From: Malacoraja senta
Taxonomy: Eukaryota
Length of the DNA stretch: 38,670 nucleotides
Direction of reading: 5' to 3'
Assembly: GCA_038087875.1 (NCBI GenBank)
Contig: JAXLNO010000042.1
Coordinates: 1-38,670, forward strand
How positions within the stretch are numbered: position 1 is the first letter of the stretch; each line of letters starts with the position of its first letter. The notes under the pieces were generated by a model. The model worked only from the letters and a program-made list of their open reading frames with translations, had not been told where the DNA came from and ran no database searches. Made by a program: the position numbers and the translations under genes. Of the stretch, positions 24,042-36,112 are shown in pieces.

Positions 24042-24863
24042 AATAAATGCAGGAATAGTGTTGGTACTTTAGGACAAAAGGAAACAATATATTTCTGATA
24101 AATATTGTTTGAGTAGACTAATAATGTTAAATGACTGTGGAATATCTTAAATTATAATAAAAAACACCAATCATTCACATTTCAGAGGGCCCAAGGAGTG
24201 ACAACGATGTTTTCAGTCCATTGGGTCACTTTGTACAATGGATGTGTATTGGTTATCTCTTCATTGTATATAATCTCAATACTGGTATATGTTTGGTTTC
24301 TGCTCCAATTATTAGGTACTGCAAAAAAAAAGGAAAGTAACTGAAAGAACAATGGGACATTATTTTGATTCTGCCTGTCAACACTTTGGCAGAATTCAAG
24401 ATTACAAAGGTTAGGATGAGAACCTGTGAACAAAGAGTAATAAAGTAATTACATGTCTGTAATTGTGTGCAACATCCAATTCCAATTCCAATTCTTGCTT
24501 TAGTGTTGTATGTCCCTTAACGAATACTTAGCTATGTTGCGAAGTTATTAGGTTGTGCTATTGATTGGTGTATTGTGCAAATGTGATATTTGATTGTACA
24601 TACAATATATAGATATTTTAAATAAATACATTATAACATAAGTACATATGTAACATTATTGATCATTAATGGATATTTTCATGCTCAATCTCTGCTAATT
24701 CATTCATTTAATTTCAGCCATTAAAGAACTATTTTCTGTAATCTCTTTTGCATTCCTTCTATTTACAATCCAAAGTTTTCATATATATTAAATAAATGTG
24801 CCTCACTGTTATCTACCTTCTAATGGAGCCCCTGCAAAAAATAAAGATTAGTGTGTGAATAAA
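24042..24863 (+). promoter_or_regulatory. Cluster of candidate polyadenylation signals for GABRA4
   Basis: AATAAA at 24042, 24156, 24621, 24791, 24840 and 24858 near the end of the repeat-poor AT-rich block. The AT-rich background makes chance hits likely. Confidence 0.3.
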
Positions 24864-26039
24864 GTATTTAAAAATGCTTATGCTCTTATAGCTAACAATG
24901 TCAGGCCCCTTATTTCTGATTTGATTGATGTACAATTATATTTTATAGACTTTGTATAACGTTAGTTATAGCTTGGATAGTTATATTGGGAAAAATGTAA
25001 TGCGGACATACATATTTTCATGATTTAATTGTGTAATACTGGATAAATCTGTTCATTGAATAATTTATTAGGTGGTCAATAACTGCAGGCCCTAGACCAA
25101 TGCTGATTTGCAAGCAAAAAAAAAATCATTCAACGTCCATGTTATTTAACTTTTGGCTTATGACTGAAAATGCCAATGGTTTATTAAAGCAATATTCTGA
25201 CCTTAGTGAATTTCTCTATGTACGTGTGAATGGTGTCAACGATTCCGCCGTTTTTGAGGGATGAGCTGTCTTGTTATCAGATAAAAAACTATTATCAGCC
25301 GTAACTGAATCTTTCCGGTGACACTTCAACAGTAATTAGATACTTGCCACCTTCAAAACGAAGGGTTTGAAATACACTGGAATATCCCAAGAATAATATA
25401 GTACTGCATAGACAAATAAAGAACAAGAAAATATATATTTCTGAGAACTCAGGTTACATGGATTGATATGGCAGCATGCTTTCTTCATTTTTTTCCCCTG
25501 ACCTGAACTTATTTGCCTTAGCACCAAGCAAGGAGAAACATTGGATGGAGAGGATCTTGCATTCATAACACATCTTAGAATTTTGGGTTTGCCAGTCTAA
25601 AAGGAAGAAATATCAAATTATTTTTGTTATGGGTGTTTCATCTTGCTCAGCTAATTTTGATTTTGCAATTTAACTACACTGAATACAAGTATAATAACAC
25701 AAATGACTATTCTTTGAAAGGGATCATTTGAATATTCTACCTTTCATTGATAACTTGGCAAAAACAATATGAGCGGAAAGGCCCTTCCCTGTGCTGTACT
25801 GTTCTATGTATTAACTATAATCTGTTTTAAAAGACCTTTGGTCAAGAAATTGGGACATTTAGCATGATATTCTCTGGTGCCAAATGTCAACATTGTTGCT
25901 AAACAGCCAATTGTAACTTTCTTTGCACTGTTTATCAAATTGGGCAGTATAGATCTGTGAGCACTGAAATGAGCAGAAAAGGCGTTTTCAAAATTCATAT
26001 TTGAAGGCGTAAGTGTCATTGGCACGGTCAATATTTATT

Positions 26040-27370
26040 GCTCTTGGTAGCAGTGGGCTGCCTTCCGGAATCATTTATTATTTCCGCACAATGCTGTTGG
26101 GAAGGGATTACCAGGACTTACCAACAGTGAAGCAACAGCGATATGTTTCCAAGTGGAGATGGTATTTGCTTTTGGAGGGGAACACGTGGGTGGTGGTGAT
26201 CTTGTGCACCAGCAGTCCTTGTTCTTCTTGGTGGCAGATCCCACAAATTTGGAAGGTGCTGTCGGTGTAACTGAGGTAAGAAGTACATTTTGTAGATGGT
26301 GCACAGTGAAGAGACCACTCACTGGTAGTGGAGGGGGGTGAATATTCATGGAGGTGAATTGAATGTCAAGTGGGCTGCTCAGTCCAGGATGATGCCAACT
26401 TTCATGAGTGTTGTTGGAGTGAGACTCATCTAGGCAAGTGGAGAGCATTCCATCCAGCTCCTGGTGTGACTTGCAGATGGCTGAAAGGCATGAGATGTCA
26501 GGACATGATTCATTCACCGCAATAAACTCAAGCTCTAAGCTGTTCCTATAATCACAGTGTTTATGTGGGTGATCCAGTCAAGTTTCTGGTCAATGATGTG
26601 GCATGAGGCACCCTGATAAACCCAAAGTCATGTCGTCAAAGGCAAAGCACTCCAGTGGTTGGGATCACACATTGCACGTTGAACGTCAAAGTTAGGTGAT
26701 TAAACTCTCTTGTTGGATTTGGTTTTTGCACTTGTACTTGGTATTATTTGTCACTTGCCAATGTTATTTAGCACATGCCTGAATATAGTTAAATTACTAC
26801 TGCATGTAGGCATGGGCTGTTTCACTAACTGAGCAGTTCCAAGTAGGTTTGAATATTATGCAATAATCAGTGACCAACCCCACCTCTAACCTTATGATAG
26901 AAGGAAAGTTATTGATGAGGGCAGCTGAAGATGTTTGGGCCTCAGATGATGTACGGAGGAACTCCTGTCCCGGGGAAGAGATAAGTGACCACTATTTTCC
27001 TTTCTTTCGCATACGTATGTTTCCAACCACTGGAGTGCTTTAAGCTTTGGTGACATTGACTTCAGTTTGACCAGGGTGCCTGGAGGCCACACCTGGTCAA
27101 ATGCTCTCTTGAAGTCAAAGGCAGTTAACTCTGGAATTCACTTCACTCATCAATGTTTAGCCCACAACTGTGATGCAATCTGGAGATGAGTGTTGCTGCT
27201 GAAATCCAAATTAGGCATTGGTGAGCAGGTTATTGGTGAGTAAGTTCGTTTGTTGGCCTGTTGAAGACATCTTCGATCACCTTGCTGATGATTGGGAGTA
27301 GATTGATTGGACAGTAATTGTCTGGATAGAATTTGTGCTGTATTTTGTGAGCATTTTGGGCAATTTCAGG
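26040..27370 (-). mobile_element. Old LINE (CR1/L2-group) RT and 3' region, decayed
   Basis: Minus-strand remnants AFDFKRAFDQVW (about 27085-27122) and GVP...PNIFSC (about 26920-26967); the 3' part resembles 28400-28670 and 29010-29285 in the opposite orientation. Confidence 0.7.
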
Positions 27371-27399
27371 GTGCTTGGCATTGCTGTGACAAAACTGGT

Positions 27400-28050
27400 A
27401 CACCAATTGAAGACTTTAATGGGGATGGTGTAATTTTCAGAACTTGTTAAGATAAAATGGATGATGCATTAGGTGTCTCAACGGTCACAGATGTGGATAG
27501 ATCCCCAGATAACTCTTACGTGAGCAAATATTCAAGAAAGGCAGCAGGGATAAACCAGGTAATTATAGGCCAGTTAATCTATCGTCGGTGGTATTGGAAA
27601 ACATTTTAACTATCAGGATTAATCTGCACTTGGAAAGTGGATTGATCAGGAACTGTAAGTACGTATTTGTTGAGGGAGATCCTGTCTGGAAATTTGTACG
27701 ACTAATTTGAGCTTTTTGCAGAGATAATAAAATATATTGTGTAAGAAGCAACTGCAGGTGCTGGTTTTTACCAAAGATAGACACAAAGTGCTGGAATAAC
27801 TCAGCGAGTCAGGCCGCATCTGTGGAGTAACAGCTTGGGCAACATTTCGGGCCGAGACCCGAAACGTCACCCATTCTTTTTCTGCAGAGATGGTGCCTTG
27901 CCTGCTGAGTTACTACAGCACTTTGTATCTATCTTAACTAAATATATTGGGTGATATTGTTTTCGTGTACTTTGGCCTTTGATAAAGTGCCATACGGGAG
28001 GTCCCATAGTCTGACAGATTAGAGCTCATTGGATCAACAGAGCCCCAATA
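27400..28050 (+). mobile_element. Old CR1-clade RT fragment interrupted by a Penelope foldback
   Basis: FKKGSRDKPGNYRPVNLSSVVLENIL at about 27531-27608 and GGCCTTTGATAAAGTGCCAT (AFDKVP) at 27973. Confidence 0.75.
27740..27935. mobile_element. Foldback (inverted pair) of Penelope-like terminal repeats
   Basis: GATAGACACAAAGTGCTGGAATAACTCAGC versus GCTGAGTTACTACAGCACTTTGTATCTATC, centred on TTTCGGGCCGAGACCCGAAACGTC. Confidence 0.8.
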
Positions 28051-28089
28051 TCCAGGCTTGGGATAATAGATGGCGTAACATTCACACCA

Positions 28090-29285
28090 AACAATCTGTA
28101 AACAATGATGATAACCAAGAAGAGAAAATCCAGCTATCACCCCCTGACATTCAGTGCCTTCACTAAATACCCCTCTAGCAATGTCCTGGGAGCTACCAGT
28201 GACCAGAAATAGATCTGGATTAACTATATACACAATGTGGCTACAATGAGAAGCTAGGAACCCTGTGATGAGTAACTCACCTCATAACTCCCCAAATCCC
28301 GTTCAGCATTTATAAGGTTTAAATGTCCATAAGTTCGAGCAGCGGAATTAGGCCATTCAGCCATCTCCTTTGTCTATCCTGCTATTAACTTCCTCAAAGA
28401 ATTCCAACAAGTTTGTCAGGTAATATCCCCTTTTTACAAAACCAAAATCAGGACTGTGACGGAATACTCTTTACGTGCATGAATGAATGTGGCTTCAACC
28501 ACACTCAAGAAGCTCATCATCACATAGGACACAGCAACCCAATGGGTAGACAACCATTCACTCACTCCATCACCGCCACAGAGTGCAGCGGTTTGTACCA
28601 TCTACAGGATGCATGGCAGCATTTCACTGAGATTCCAGAGACAGCACATTCCCAACCACAGCATCAACCACAGTGAATGGTAGGGCTCTGGGGAGTGTTG
28701 TAGAGCAGAGGCATCTAGGAATGCAGGTGCTTGGTTCCTTGAGGGTGGAGTCGCAGCTAGATAGGGTGGTCAAAAAGGCATTTAGCACATTGGCCTTCAT
28801 CAGTCAGGGTATTGAGTTGCCAGAGGAGGTAGTTAAGGCAGGGATTAAGTCAATGTTTAAGAAACAGTTAGACAGGTACATGGATAGGATTGGAGGGATA
28901 TGGACCAAACACGGGCAGGTGGGACTTGTGTAGCTGGGACATGTTGGCCGGTGTGGGCAAGTTGGACCGATAGGCCTGTTTCCAGCTGCATCACTCTGAC
29001 TCTATCTACGAACTAACAGCAATATCATGGGAAAACCAACATCGAGAGATTGCCCTTAAAGCCATACACCATCCTAGTGGAAATATATTGCCATTCCTTC
29101 ACCGTTGCTGGCACAACATCCTTGAACTCCATCTCCAACAGCTTTGTGGATACACCCACACCTTGAGGATTGCAGTGGTTCAAGAATTCAACTCACCATA
29201 ACATTCTCAAGGGCAATTAGGGATAGGCACTTAAATGCTGGCTTAGCCTACAAAGCTTACATCCCTTAAATGAATAAAATAAAAT
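28090..29285 (+). mobile_element. Old LINE 3' region (same family as 26040-27370) with nested fragments
   Basis: Similar to the reverse complement of 26050-26520; ends AAGGGCAATTAGGGATAGGCACTTAAATGCTGG...CATCCCTTAAATGAATAAAATAAAA. Confidence 0.6.
28670..29003 (+). mobile_element. CR1-clade 3' fragment with internal deletion
   Basis: ORF 28673-28933 reads NGRALGSVVEQRHLGMQV...ISQGIE|LPEEVVKAG, skipping the usual intervening CR1 sequence. Confidence 0.8.
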
Positions 29286-29292
29286 CCAAGAC

Positions 29293-31378
29293 GAATAAAT
29301 GGCAAAAGAATAAATCAGGGAAGGTAGTGCATCCATGGATAACAAGGGAAATCAGGGATGGTATCAAAGCGAAAGATGATGCGTACAAATTAGCCAGAAA
29401 AAGCAGCATACCAGAGGACTGGGAGAAATTCAGAGACCAGCAGAGGAGGACAAAGGGCTTAATTAGGAAAGGAAAAATAGATTATGAAAGAAAACTGGCA
29501 GGGAACATAAAAACTGACTGCAAAAGTTTTTATAAATATGTAAAAAGAAAGAGATTAGTTAAAACAAATGTAGGTCCCTTGCAGTCAGAAACAGGTGAGT
29601 TGATCATGGGGAACAAGGATATGGCGGACCAATTGAATAACTACTTTGGTTCCGTCTTCACTAAGGAAGACATAAATAATCTGCCGGAAATAGCAGGGGA
29701 CCGCGGGTCAAAGGAGTTGGAGGAATTGAGTGAAATCCAGGTTAGTCGGGAAGTGGTGTTGGGTAAATTGAATGGATTAAAGGCCGATAAATCCCCAGGG
29801 CCAGATAGGCTGCATCCCAGAGTACTTAAGGAAGTAGCTCCAGAAATAGTGGATGCATTAGTAATAATCTTTCAAAATTCTTTAGATTCTGGAGTAGTTC
29901 CTGAGGATTGGCGGGTAGCAAACGTAACCCCACTTTTTAAGAAGGGAGGGAGAGAGAAAACGGGGAATTACAGACCAGTTAGTCTAACATCGGTAGTGGG
30001 GAAACTGCTAGAGTCGGTTATTAAAGATGGGATAGCAGCACATTTGGAAAGTGGTGAAATCATTGGACAAAGTCAGCATGGATTTACGAAAGGTAAATCA
30101 TGTCTGACGAATCTTATAGAATTTTTCGAGGATGTAACTAGTAGCGTGGATAGGGGAGAACCAGTGGATGTGGTGTATCTGGACTTCCAGAAGGCTTTCG
30201 ACAAGGTCCCACATAAGAGATTAGTATACAAACTTAAAGCACATGGCATTGGGGGTTCAGTATTGATGTGGATAGAGAACTGGCTGGCAAACAGGAAGCA
30301 AAGAGTAGGAGTAAACGGGTCCTTTTCACAATGGCAGGCAGTGACTAGTGGGGTACCGCAAGGCTCAGTGCTGGGACCCCAGCTATTTACAATATATATT
30401 AATGACCTGGATGAGGGAATTGAAGGCAATATCTCCAAGTTTGCGGATGACACTAAGCTGGGGGGCAGTGTTAGCTGTGAGGAGGATGCTAGGAGACTGC
30501 AAGGTGACTTGGATAGGCTGGGTGAGTGGGCAAATGTTTGGCAGATGCAGTATAATGTGGATAAATGTGAGGTTATCCATTTTGGTGGCAAAAACAGGAA
30601 AGCAGACTATTTTCTAAATGGTGGCCGACTAGGAAAAGGGGAGATGCAGCGAGACCTGGGTGTCATGGTACACCAGTCATTGAAAGTAGGCATGCAGGTG
30701 CAGCAGGCAGTGAAGAAAGCAAATGGTATGTTAGCTTTCATAGCAAAAGGATTTGAGTATAGGAGCAGGGAGGTTCTACTGCAGTTGTACAGGGTCTTGG
30801 TGAGACCACACCTGGAGTATTGCGTACAGTTTTGGTCTCCAAATCTGAGGAAGGACATTATTGCCATAGAGGGAGTGCAGAGAAGGTTCACCAGACTGAT
30901 TCCTGGGATGTCAGGACTGTCTTATGAAGAAAGACTGGATAGACTTGGTTTATACTCACTAGAATTTAGGAGATTGAGAGGGGATCTTATAGAAACTTAC
31001 AAAATTCTTAAGGGGTTGGACAGGCTAGATGCAGGAAGATTGCTCCCGATGTTGGGGAAGTCCAGGACAAGGGGTCACAGCTTAAGGATAAGGGGGAAAT
31101 CCTTTAAAACCGAGATGAGAAGAACTTTTTTCACACAGAGAGTGGTGAATCTCTGGAACTCTCTGCCACAGAGGGTAGTCGAGGCCAGTTCATTGGCTAT
31201 ATTTAAGAGGGAGCTAGATGTGGCCCTTGTGGCTAAAGGGATCAGAGGGTATGGAGAGAAGGCAGGTACGGGATACTGAGTTGGATGATCAGCCATGATC
31301 ATATTGAATGGCGGTGCAGGCTCGAAGGGCCGAATGGCCTACTCCTGCACCTAATTTCTATGTTTCTATGTTTCTATG
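29293..31378 (+). mobile_element. Young CR1-clade LINE, 5'-truncated, uninterrupted ORF2 RT region
   Basis: ORF 29270-31279 (669 aa) contains KSPGPD, NYRPVSLTS, QHGF, YLDFQKAFDKVPH, GVPQGSVLGP and KFADDTKL; (TTTCTATG)3 tail; no endonuclease domain or ORF1. Confidence 0.97.
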
Positions 31379-31649
31379 AATTGTTGAATTGGAATGAAAA
31401 TTGCCTAGGTTATAAGAGAAGAGGGTTGCTTTTGTGACTGGAAGCCTGTGACATGCATTGTAGCAGAGGGGCTGGTGCTGGGACCCTTGCTGTTAGATAC
31501 GTAATTAATAATTTAGATACGAGTACAGATGATACGATTAGTAAATCTATAGATGACACAAAAAAGGTGCTGTTGTTGACATTGACGTGGATAGTCTTCG
31601 TCTACAGCATGAAAAGGCCTTTCCATCATTTACAAGACCTGTTCTCCAC

Positions 31650-31866
31650 ATGTAGAAACAAAGAACTGCAGATGCTTGTTTAAACTAAAGATAGACACAA
31701 AGTGCTAGACTAACTCCACCAGTCTTGCAGCATGTGTAGGAAGGAACTGCAGATGCTTGTTAAAACCAAAGATAGACACAAAGTGCTGGAGTAACTCAGC
31801 GGGACAGGCAGCATCTCTGGAGAGAAGGAATGGGTGATGTTTCAGGTCAAGACCTTTCTTCAGACT
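31650..31866 (-). mobile_element. Tandem Penelope-like terminal repeats with hammerhead motif
   Basis: Direct duplication of TGTAG..GAACTGCAGATGCTTGTT..AAAGATAGACACAAAGTGCT at 31651 and 31735; minus strand CTGAAGA-AAGGTCTTGACCT-GAAAC-ATC. Confidence 0.78.
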
Positions 31867-32881
31867 ATCCACTCGTTACCTGGATTATCTTATGTTCTCC
31901 ACTTGGCTGTATTGGTGTAGCTGCAACTGCATTATAATTATAATGCTTTATTTGCAGTGGGCTTTTATTCATAATAGTAACAGGTGCATTCTGTGGTTAA
32001 TATATAACACCATGTAGTACAAAACAATCATTACACAATTTTTAGTGCGTTGTGGAAGATGCAAAGACAAACAGAATATTTGGAAGCAAGGCCAGATCTC
32101 GAGGGTGGTCGATGGAAAAGAGAAAGTCAGATTGTTCAGGCCATGTGTGGCTTAGGTTGGAGTGGGGGATGGGCTGTAGCTTCAGAGGCCAAGTCAGCAC
32201 CAAACCATAAAACCTCTTGGCCAGTGTAGGTGTTGTTAATAGACAAATGCTGATATTCAAATAAATCTCCGAGAAAGTTGTATTATACCCTACAGTTTGT
32301 AACTTCTTAGATAGATTATATATCCCAAAGCTTGCCGCTAAAGGAATTTAATGAGAGTAATGACAATACAAACACGGTATTAGGCAATGCATTTCAATGT
32401 GAACAGATAGGGTGCATCTATACTGAAGAGAGATGTACATCTACATGTGCCAGCTTTGAAACTGGACAGCATTTTACATGCATATTGTAACAATTAGTAA
32501 CCAGTGCAGCAATGGGCAGTGCCTTCCAGCTAGAAGACAAGTGATGCTTATATCTTGAGTATGTAATTAGGAACTGCAGATGCAGGTTTACACTGCATCA
32601 TGAGTGCCAGCTTCAGTCCACACCTCCCGAAGAATGGAAGAAAGCAGACGCACAGCGGGAAGGAGAATTGTGGAATGAGTGCAATTGCACACACAATTCT
32701 GACACCAGCTAACACAGCCGTGAAAACCAGCAACCATTGCTTTCCAATTCCCTCAGCAGGTGATTGAAAAACATAATGTAAATATATTTTACAAAATAAG
32801 TCAAATATAATAGTAAGATTAGACGAGAACTTACCAGTTTGAAGTTTGATCTTTATTTTATGAGGAGTTACGATGAACGAT

Positions 32882-32918
32882 TACGTGAATAGAAGCCCGT
32901 CGGCCCGCATGCGCGTCA
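32882..32918. repeat. DIRS inverted terminal repeat core (pairs with 37583-37619)
   Basis: TACGTGAATAGAAGCCCGTCGGCCCGCATGCGCGTCA is the reverse complement of 37583-37619 with 3 mismatches in 37 nt. Confidence 0.9.
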
Positions 32919-33034
32919 ATCTTCAAAGCAGCGGTGTGAAATCACAGATAACAGTTGTTGAACTAAAATAGTAAGATTAGAGATGACTAGAACTACCAGA
33001 TGATCTTTATGATACGAGGGTTGGGAACGGTGGG

Positions 33035-33145
33035 CACGTAATCGCTCATCGTATCTCCTCATAAAATAAAGATCAAACTTCAAACTGGTAAGTTCTCGTT
33101 TAATCTTACTATTTTACTTCGGAGTCACGTGAGTGACTACGTGAA
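33035..33145. repeat. DIRS internal complementary region (ICR)
   Basis: 33035-33113 is the reverse complement of 32809-32887, and 33111-33145 is the reverse complement of 37612-37646. Confidence 0.93.
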
Positions 33146-33369
33146 GATTTTGAAGCTCTGTGATTTCATGCCGTGGAAAAAACGAGTCCACACAAGCGCA
33201 ACTGCATCAGTTGACCACAAATAAGGGAAACATTCATAATGCATACAGACATGACATAGTCCTAAAACATGCTGATGCTGATAAATGAACAAATAATAAC
33301 AATAGTAACCCCTCTCTTCCGGGGGAAACTATAAATAGAACCTAAAATAGAGTTGGCAAATACCCCTGG

Positions 33370-34300
33370 TCTGGCAATGGGTTAAAATAAAATGTATGGA
33401 AAACTTGTTCGTTAGACAATCCTGCAGTCGGCAGGATGTGGTCCAGAGGAACGTACATAACCCTTGCTGCTGATGTTGTAGCAGCCCTGGTGGAGTGAGA
33501 TTAGAAAATTAGTATCTACTTCATAAGCCAAAACCCCGATTTAACCACCTGGAGATGGTCTGAACTGATACCTTCTTATCCGGTTATTGTAACTAACAAA
33601 CATAGCTAGTATCAGAGCCTCTAAGGCTCTAAGTGACCTTGACGTAATGTTGTAAATGTGTGACCACACATAACCGAAGGTGCATTGAATATGCCATGAG
33701 AACTAGTTTGAGACCTGACACCCCTGGGCTGTCTGCTTAATTAAATCGTAAACATGAAATATCACATTATAGCAAATGAAACCATCCTGTCCAGTCGCAA
33801 TTTATGTAATGACTGGACCCGGTTCGCTGAGAACAGCGCCAAGGGATAACTACCTTATTAGAGCCGAGCCAAAGATAAGGATATAGCTGGAACCCCCTGG
33901 TGAAGTAGTGTTAACACAATGTCAATATCCCATACTTCCGTGTACTTTGGTCTGGGAGAACTTGAGTTAAAGATATCCTTAATAAACTGGATATCAGAGG
34001 GTGAAACCCGACAGAGCGGGTCCCGCTCGCTGCATCAAACATGATGAGAAATCACGTTGGGCACAGTTAATGGGACTATAACTTAATTTATTGTCATGAC
34101 CCATTTGAAAATGAACTCTAAGACATCAGTATCCGTGCCGTATAATATGTAACATAGCATTTAAACAGAACACTTCCAAACTCCTGAAGAGGAAATGTAC
34201 TGCTTTTTTGGTGCTATCCCTGCTCACTGCAGTGAGTACATACATGGATTGTCTGACAACGCGAGCTGCAGGAGCAGTCTTCTCAGAGGCAATGACTTGA
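33370..34300 (-). pseudogene. DIRS tyrosine recombinase, frameshifted
   Basis: Catalytic-type motifs SANR, HSTR and VPLDHILPTAGLSNEQVFHTFY; no continuous ORF. Confidence 0.85.
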
Positions 34301-35515
34301 TTACTCATGCAGAGGCTGGTTCCCCGAGTCCCAGGCTGAACCAGCAATGTTTTATGTTTAGAATACCCATATAATGTTCTATTACCCTGAATCTTGCTGA
34401 ATTTATTGCAAGATCCAACTGATGAGGCAAAATGGAGCGACGACATAAAAGACCATTCCTCCCCCATGTAGCAAGAATGTATCTCTCGCCACTGTGATGC
34501 CACATGTCTTTACAACCGGTGAATGAGCCTGGATGCAAACATATCGATATTCGGTGTTCCATCGAGCCATAATGTCATCAAATACTTTGTGATCCAACAT
34601 CCATTCTGTTTTGCCTTTGATTTTACGTGATCATACACCAGCGCCAAATAAGGTTGGGTAAATTATGACAGGATACTTAGACTTGATTGCACCCATGTGA
34701 CCAACATATGCCACCACCACAATGTATCAACCTGGAACTGAGCATGCAGATCATGCATATCCACACAATAACCCATTAACCCATAGAATGCTCCTAGTGT
34801 CTATAGGTAGTTGATACCAATAACTGAAGAATGGGTAATTCATGCAAATCGTATCCGCCTCCGTAACTAGAGATGGCATTCGTAATTTTCCATCTTTAAG
34901 CTAGCATCAGTCTGTAATATAACCGAAGATTTACTGACCAAAACTACTGGAGCAATGCTGAATATTGTTCGTCCACCATTGTGACTATGGTGGCTTCAGC
35001 TGGTATTAGCATAGGTCTGTTAACAATGACCTATATGGCACTTGAGAGGTTACTACTTTGCACGTTGTAAGTTCTGATAATGCAAAGGCCCAATTGCACA
35101 GCTGAAACACAGCTGCTATATTGACAATTACACTTGATGAATAGAAGACTGCTTGATAACAAGGTTGTTACAGGCTTCTATTGATTCCAATCTTTTGCTC
35201 CAGGGCGGAGTCACAGATAAATTAATAGTTAAAGGTAAAACCGAAAAATCAATAAATGTAGTTGGTATCAACTTAAATTTAACTGGATGGATGAGGAACC
35301 TCAATTTCTCAAATACAGTTGCGGCTGAAACAGTTGATTTTAGCAAAACACAGCGTTTAGAATATCATCAAGCCATAACAAGTGTTTTTGAGCTCTGAGC
35401 AGTCAATTTGGTAGATGACCTGGGAGCTGAAGTAGCCCATTTGCAAAGCATTAACTGTTATCATTGCCCCATCCAGATACAATCCAAATGTCTCCTGGGA
35501 TCCCTGTGAATGGGA
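34300..35515 (-). pseudogene. DIRS RT / RNase H / methyltransferase-like pol remnant
   Basis: Short ORFs 35128-35346 and 34403-34600 plus the TDAS and IDMFASR motifs; many stops and frameshifts. Confidence 0.8.
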
Positions 35516-35517
35516 CC

Positions 35518-36112
35518 TGAGTGGGCAAATGTTTGGCAGATGCAGTATAATGTGGATAAATGTGAGGTTTTCCACTTTGGTGGCAAAAACAGGAAAGCAG
35601 ACTATTATCTAAATGGTGGCCGATTAGGAAAAGGGGAGATGCAGCGAGACCTGGGTGTCATGGTACACCAGTCATTGAAAGTAGGCATGCAGGTGCAGCA
35701 GGCAGTGAAGAAAGCGAATGGTATGTTAGCTTTCATAGCAAAAGGATTTGAGTATAGGAGCAGGGAGGTTCTACTGCAGTTGTACAGGGTCTTGGTGAGA
35801 CCACACCTGGAGTATTGCGTCCAGTTTTGGTCTCCAAATCTGAGGAAGGACATTATAGCCATAGAGGGAGTACAGAGAAGGTTCACCAGACTGATTCCTG
35901 GGATGTCAGGACTTTCATATGAAGAAAGACTGGATAGACTTGGCTTATACTCGCAAGAATTTAGGAGATTGAGAGGGGATCTTATAGAAACGTACAAAAT
36001 TCTTATGGGGTTGGACAGGCTAGATGCAGGAAGATTGTTCCCGATGTTGGGGAAGTCCAGGACAAGGGGTCACAGCTTAAGGATAAGGGGAAAATCCTTT
36101 AAGACCGAGATG
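35518..36112 (+). mobile_element. Young CR1-clade LINE fragment inside the DIRS element, lacking both ends
   Basis: ORF 35510-36193 matches CR1 from EWANVWQMQY to SFKTEM, then identity stops; no UTR or tail. Confidence 0.93.

Noticed and set aside
29270..31279. 669-aa ORF as a host gene or autonomous retroelement
   Set aside because: It is a 5'-truncated CR1 ORF2. The ATG comes from flanking sequence, and the endonuclease domain and ORF1 are absent.
32809..33113. Long hairpin as a miRNA precursor or MITE
   Set aside because: Fully explained as the DIRS terminus pairing with its ICR.
34420..34450. CTGATGAG as another hammerhead core
   Set aside because: No helix II or GAAA follows; it lies antisense within DIRS coding remnants.
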